Below are positions 15,801 to 16,302 of a DNA stretch of 16,302 nt, in pieces (the first letter of the stretch is position 1; every line of letters begins with the position of its first letter). The notes under the pieces are model-generated. The model did not search any database. It was not told the origin of the DNA and worked only from the letters and a program-made list of their open reading frames with translations. Source of the stretch: an uncultured archaeon (GTDB lineage: Archaea > Asgardarchaeota > Thorarchaeia > Thorarchaeales > Thorarchaeaceae). The stretch is from positions 1-16,302 of the forward strand of contig CAZPWM010000072.1 in the NCBI GenBank assembly GCA_964590575.1. Reading direction: 5' to 3'. Made by a program: the position numbers and the translations under genes.

Positions 15801-16302
15801 TATCTCCGACTGCAAATAGAATATCAGATGCATCTGCTCGAACCTTACTCGTGTCGAATAAATCAGTATCTTCAAACTGAATAAGTACAGGGAAGTTGAC
15901 AAGATTCTCGGACCCAAAGATTTCAGCAGAAGGTATTGTAATGTCTTTTCGGTAACTGAATGATGGAAACTTATGATCAGGATCAGTCCCAGTTGTTTGA
16001 TTGTAGGCTGAATACCATATATTACCATCGGGCTGGACTAGGTCCAATCCAACACGTGCTCCAATTACTGTAGGGGTAGTCATTGTGAATTTCGCTGTGT
16101 CATTGATGTTGAATGCAGTATTATCTATCTGGAGGTCTTGCATAAAGTTCCAGCTGATGAACTTGAGAGTCCATACACCCCAGAAGTCAATCGATGATGC
16201 ATTTAGAGTCAGAGTTCCACCATGATACCACCAGTCTTGGTCAACGGTCTTTGGTTGGTTCAATGGATTGAGAACCTTGGTTGCTTTCCATTCAGCTCGA
16301 GG
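6877..16302 (-). CDS. Gene A: giant type I membrane surface protein (DUF2341 + LamG-like head, ~22 Ig-like repeats, C-terminal TM helix, cytoplasmic tail); 5'-partial
   Basis: 3128-aa ORF in the track with TAG stop at 6877-6879. The track's TTG start at 16263 is probably not the true start: the frame stays open to 16302 (PRAEWKATKVLNPLNQPKTVDQDWW), and this extension aligns with gene B (NETEWAPVSLTNPIGVEQTNPTDWW). Thr/Ser/Tyr-rich, nearly Cys-free, many N-x-S/T sequons. Confidence 0.95.
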   Translation of the reverse strand, partial: PRAEWKATKVLNPLNQPKTVDQDWWYHGGTLTLNASSIDFWGVWTLKFISWNFMQDLQIDNTAFNINDTAKFTMTTPTVIGARVGLDLVQPDGNIWYSAYNQTTGTDPDHKFPSFSYRKDITIPSAEIFGSENLVNFPVLIQFEDTDLFDTSKVRADASDILFAVGDKILDHQIEYFDQSYSINTAYLTTWVKTNLTHGVDNTITMYYGSPIVDNLENPAGVWSNNYEAVWHLNEEDLVIGGDIHFDSTGNGYDGVRNGNTDVFDGAGYSQLFDGSNDYISFDKTLAPQNDVLITGWFKLSSPHSSSSPTTKVIMEKYIDIDHDMVIALVGQDYTQGTVPNGTLVFKVESSQNDPIYKWTQKITWNANQWYFIACYADEDTPSNNKIWVDTNWNTDAGFVGSATQANVSYIEEWKLGGGDYETSYEGSGYFAGRLDEFTVSNTLRTDTWLKNEEHNYRDADIFLSPGSEQVRTSPEHTLTKTIDSSAPAGLWTAIAYYNDTGSSVTNKTGLFERTFIVRHPTTLTLTEPSDAVGDRLSVKTVGDSLIVEYELNDDITAQGIPGATVTMNWTAPSTITLNDYGGGIYGKVLSTTGLGDNKQWRINIQSYHQYYNNATEYFKVDLYHSTQLQASGVSATPADFNFTTTLTFRDQYTSAPITGATITYSDGNPIDFVTDNGDGTYDIAILTNSLGLGSHPYTFNATAPGGFLHVAQVDVTFTLRAHRTSATVTGDMTTPYGEDTQVTVFLFDLDTGLAVGISDVGTLTFTYTGGYGADAFGTYSATLTTADWSVGSVTATLTITMSNTKIQAPIPYVFNIQILSHRTSVSVTGVTTKPYGNQTTLNIILTDLENGSIVPIGSVSNIRLQHPFGIYDSSGSYIITLDTSTWSVGTHSVSVIVTIGGTIYSNPSSYQFSITIRSMSSVMYHDPSTLNFPLGSDLEVYLRLNVSEIGPNYGDPITGRIAGEFSVPGYVIVIDTAEQAIGRYKLTISESYFTGGPYEIIVYFTSANSEYGNTFLVIRFFYREVDSTLTSPNHPQVTTPYQLDVKIILNYTDIDFGSGIAGAVISSPDHPTWIANWSDVGGGIYEVWIDVSTLTQGIYYLNLTADKSGISGRTLEFRLVIRQAYTSVIPSLSSLVIPIGNSPIFYVDYSDIDRLIPIDNSTSPYTQVVSTWHNFSVEYMPGLQKYKITFHTSDSDTISSNIVYNFEFSKGGNYQTVSFNVVVTIRTHNTEFRIVSSIEPTSTSGTFNISVYYGDLDSAVGIKSSLVLFSVSNDSGPVISSYDYDLFLGDGYYIISVSASQFGLGFQTFTVYADWTGAVTKYQDKAFVTTALVVGKDSSLTLLVGSEPTPYDENMAYTFFYSDSGTGIANLTGNVFIYVSFQGEPVNPSDIIILDYSATLPGQYAIQFDTGIFSRTGLFYMNVFVNWSKGVSPFYSNRTDVVSIRVLPRDTLLSITPASSTSYNENATITLTFEDITGSSFITGLSKQEISLNISFSLVEVAGTYSISFNTGQFGSLGLKAILVDVTWVGIPFYANRTGRITYINVIVRETSLEYLTPPPTQYGDQVIFNVTWTDTTGGASVPITSATLVLREGLFSIDSAEYNYFEIAPGIYQVTLNTTYTTTPGIKTLRVQISIGLIYIPDKIVDRAFSILERFTIVAVNPVVDVPYNSSIRIILSYLDQFTTQSIANDSAHGYPVTIEILSPSGAVFTSAWSALSQNYELIIAWNQSWDPVIWAPGTQHSFTIRMSYAYQAPFYQSGQVSSTFKIVIRDSSLALDTEPETTPYLDDATFTLFFSDDDASGAGIDGAQIIVLNNSIPLVENTHYTVTEGGPGYYTIVIDSTALGGLGVHALEIQASRTGVPYHESATQLVNVLIRQRETNLGITIPPAQTLYLDDVTFEFEYNDLDAGTSISLADLSLIHLYWPNMTEINQLDYTIILNSGTYETTISSTIISNMSVIGLSIRVVVDWPAAQAPYYADDFTIVKVTITGRSILVETDQIDRTPKGDVLNITVNLSDLDSGSPIAGAIIQFSCQGHFLIEGVDYTKTEGSGTYSFNVDTLSLTGTGTFFFDIEVQWNPSLSPFYSNRSLVTLTGLVDLVRTSLQVNALVPSSVQYTGSVSLNVTWKDLDHGLPISGYAAIVDSNVKYLVSGLRPASLVVYEYVSSGIYNITFSTSDLPTLGPYTLRIVAAVSVYASVTVTPQFNVIAINTVLTPVDTSVTVYWKGNAIISVDYLDLLNGVPISGAYSVTWSSEAFGGSLTAVGTPGRYNATIDTSSFTAGTFVATITATKDKYTTAITTITLVVLTIPSEIIIHEPTDIVKEVGRGDSVFIEVELHDIDYDLSIDDTQVRNESGQLQVYARLSSVKYYMIYSVFTGRWSVTIPGTATILEALLSYDVQIFASFNNYDPAVDQFKIYITQTPTQLRVTGLPDPTKLEVYYLQNVTLHLNFTTSSTVSFFMEVDNGEVSWRDNTRNIYLNFTSMGNGIWTLTFNTSILGFGTVGASFYGYPTNTTLADTLTSMTLTIKNVPTDIEGPTETIDLVWGWTGTISLNYTDTYNTRFVRGATVTYSYGNLDFNATDLGNGTYTLYIDTTLLDSNIRERISTLFFLPNYETQSRSYFIHILERPTELIIEYPDQNFYSIESGIIYLELTMGDAINISLFYNDTSSIGGLFGGITGANFSEFTVLRAPAYFSNYTPILFREGFGYYNFTFDTNNPVLYDLYGYPVILEGEYFRFRIEIFDENRQLQTREIRIRIIYTPTRILHDGQLADPDIEIPYALINGESIVFDFYLNDTWHNRGVDGASFYIIAGDTVKIDNNYSLGNGHYRIVILAVGYNGQPAIRITMSRDFHDDASIILRITTQASDFDKLVSNITLYGLPISIFIIVLLGAYVKVWSVPKRIRQINSQLKTLRKGKVPKPIRDVKSRQQLAAELFNDTYEKMKITRTAAQMPEDPIPIEVPEMGELLMQLAILTNLSPDELDEFQADIAKMKMSEQAAFVKEVIMQEAIRAARRDGRTIEETLAVIEKEAARRLGGDEGVKPIEVVTPAPEERVFLEEEENATPIPTKDVTPVEKDIYEEEEAVTPSDKMNLYELEELRRDLERKGVPPHEIDTIIEQAKELPRELVDELVKSLEGKKG
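6880..7608 (-). other. ~243-aa cytoplasmic tail of gene A
   Basis: Composition switches from beta-rich T/S/Y/V to E/K/R/L/M-rich helical sequence, with an acidic Pro/Thr linker and a terminal helical module. Confidence 0.8.
7609..7677 (-). other. C-terminal transmembrane helix of gene A
   Basis: ITLYGLPISIFIIVLLGAYVKVW followed by the basic segment PKRIRQINSQLKTLRKGKVPKPIR (positive-inside rule implies a cytoplasmic C-terminus). Confidence 0.88.
7711..14748 (-). repeat. About 22 tandem divergent Ig-like repeats (protein level, average ~107 aa) in gene A
   Basis: Recurring pattern R.T.L....(P)TPY.D.V.F...Y.D.D.G..I.GA.I....G.G.Y.I.IDT..L..G.Y.L.I...V.I. Counted by eye from RHPTTL to YTPTRI. 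Not visible as DNA repeats. Confidence 0.8.
14932..15630 (-). other. LamG/concanavalin A-like jellyroll domain in gene A
   Basis: VWHLNE...DSTGNGYDG...FDGSNDYI...ITGWFK...QWYFIAC...KLGG...YFAGRLDEFTVSNTLRT follows the typical Laminin_G_3 motif order. Confidence 0.85.
15646..15960 (-). other. DUF2341-like domain in gene A
   Basis: YRKDITI...NFPVLI...ADASDILF...LDHQIEYF...TWVK...TITMYYGSP matches the remembered DUF2341 pattern (DI.F...L.++IE.+....+WVK......I.+YYG). Confidence 0.8.

Noticed and set aside
7744-16028. Small ORFs nested within gene A
   Set aside because: Alternative-frame or antisense by-products with no independent support.
16261-16263. TTG start assigned to gene A by the ORF track
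   Set aside because: The frame is open to the window edge, homology to gene B continues upstream, and no signal peptide follows this codon.

Overview
The window is almost entirely coding on the minus strand. It holds two head-to-tail, colinear paralogous giant cell-surface protein genes separated by a 182-bp spacer. Gene A (>16302..6877, at least 3141 aa) is cut at its 5' end by the right edge. It encodes a DUF2341 + LamG/ConA-like head, about 22 divergent ~107-aa Ig-like beta-sandwich repeats, one C-terminal transmembrane helix and a ~243-aa cytoplasmic tail. Gene B (6694..<2, at least 2231 aa) is missing from the supplied ORF track because it runs off the left edge without a stop. It starts with a signal peptide and repeats gene A's architecture domain for domain. 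The architecture, dense N-x-S/T sequons, AGGTG RBS and tail style suggest an archaeon, probably Asgard (Thorarchaeia-like); this is an inference needing a database check. The best candidate for an undescribed system is the pair itself: two length-matched giant adhesin/receptor-like proteins, at least one carrying a structured cytoplasmic tail with a duplicated three-helix module. No RNA genes, mobile elements or CRISPR arrays were seen.
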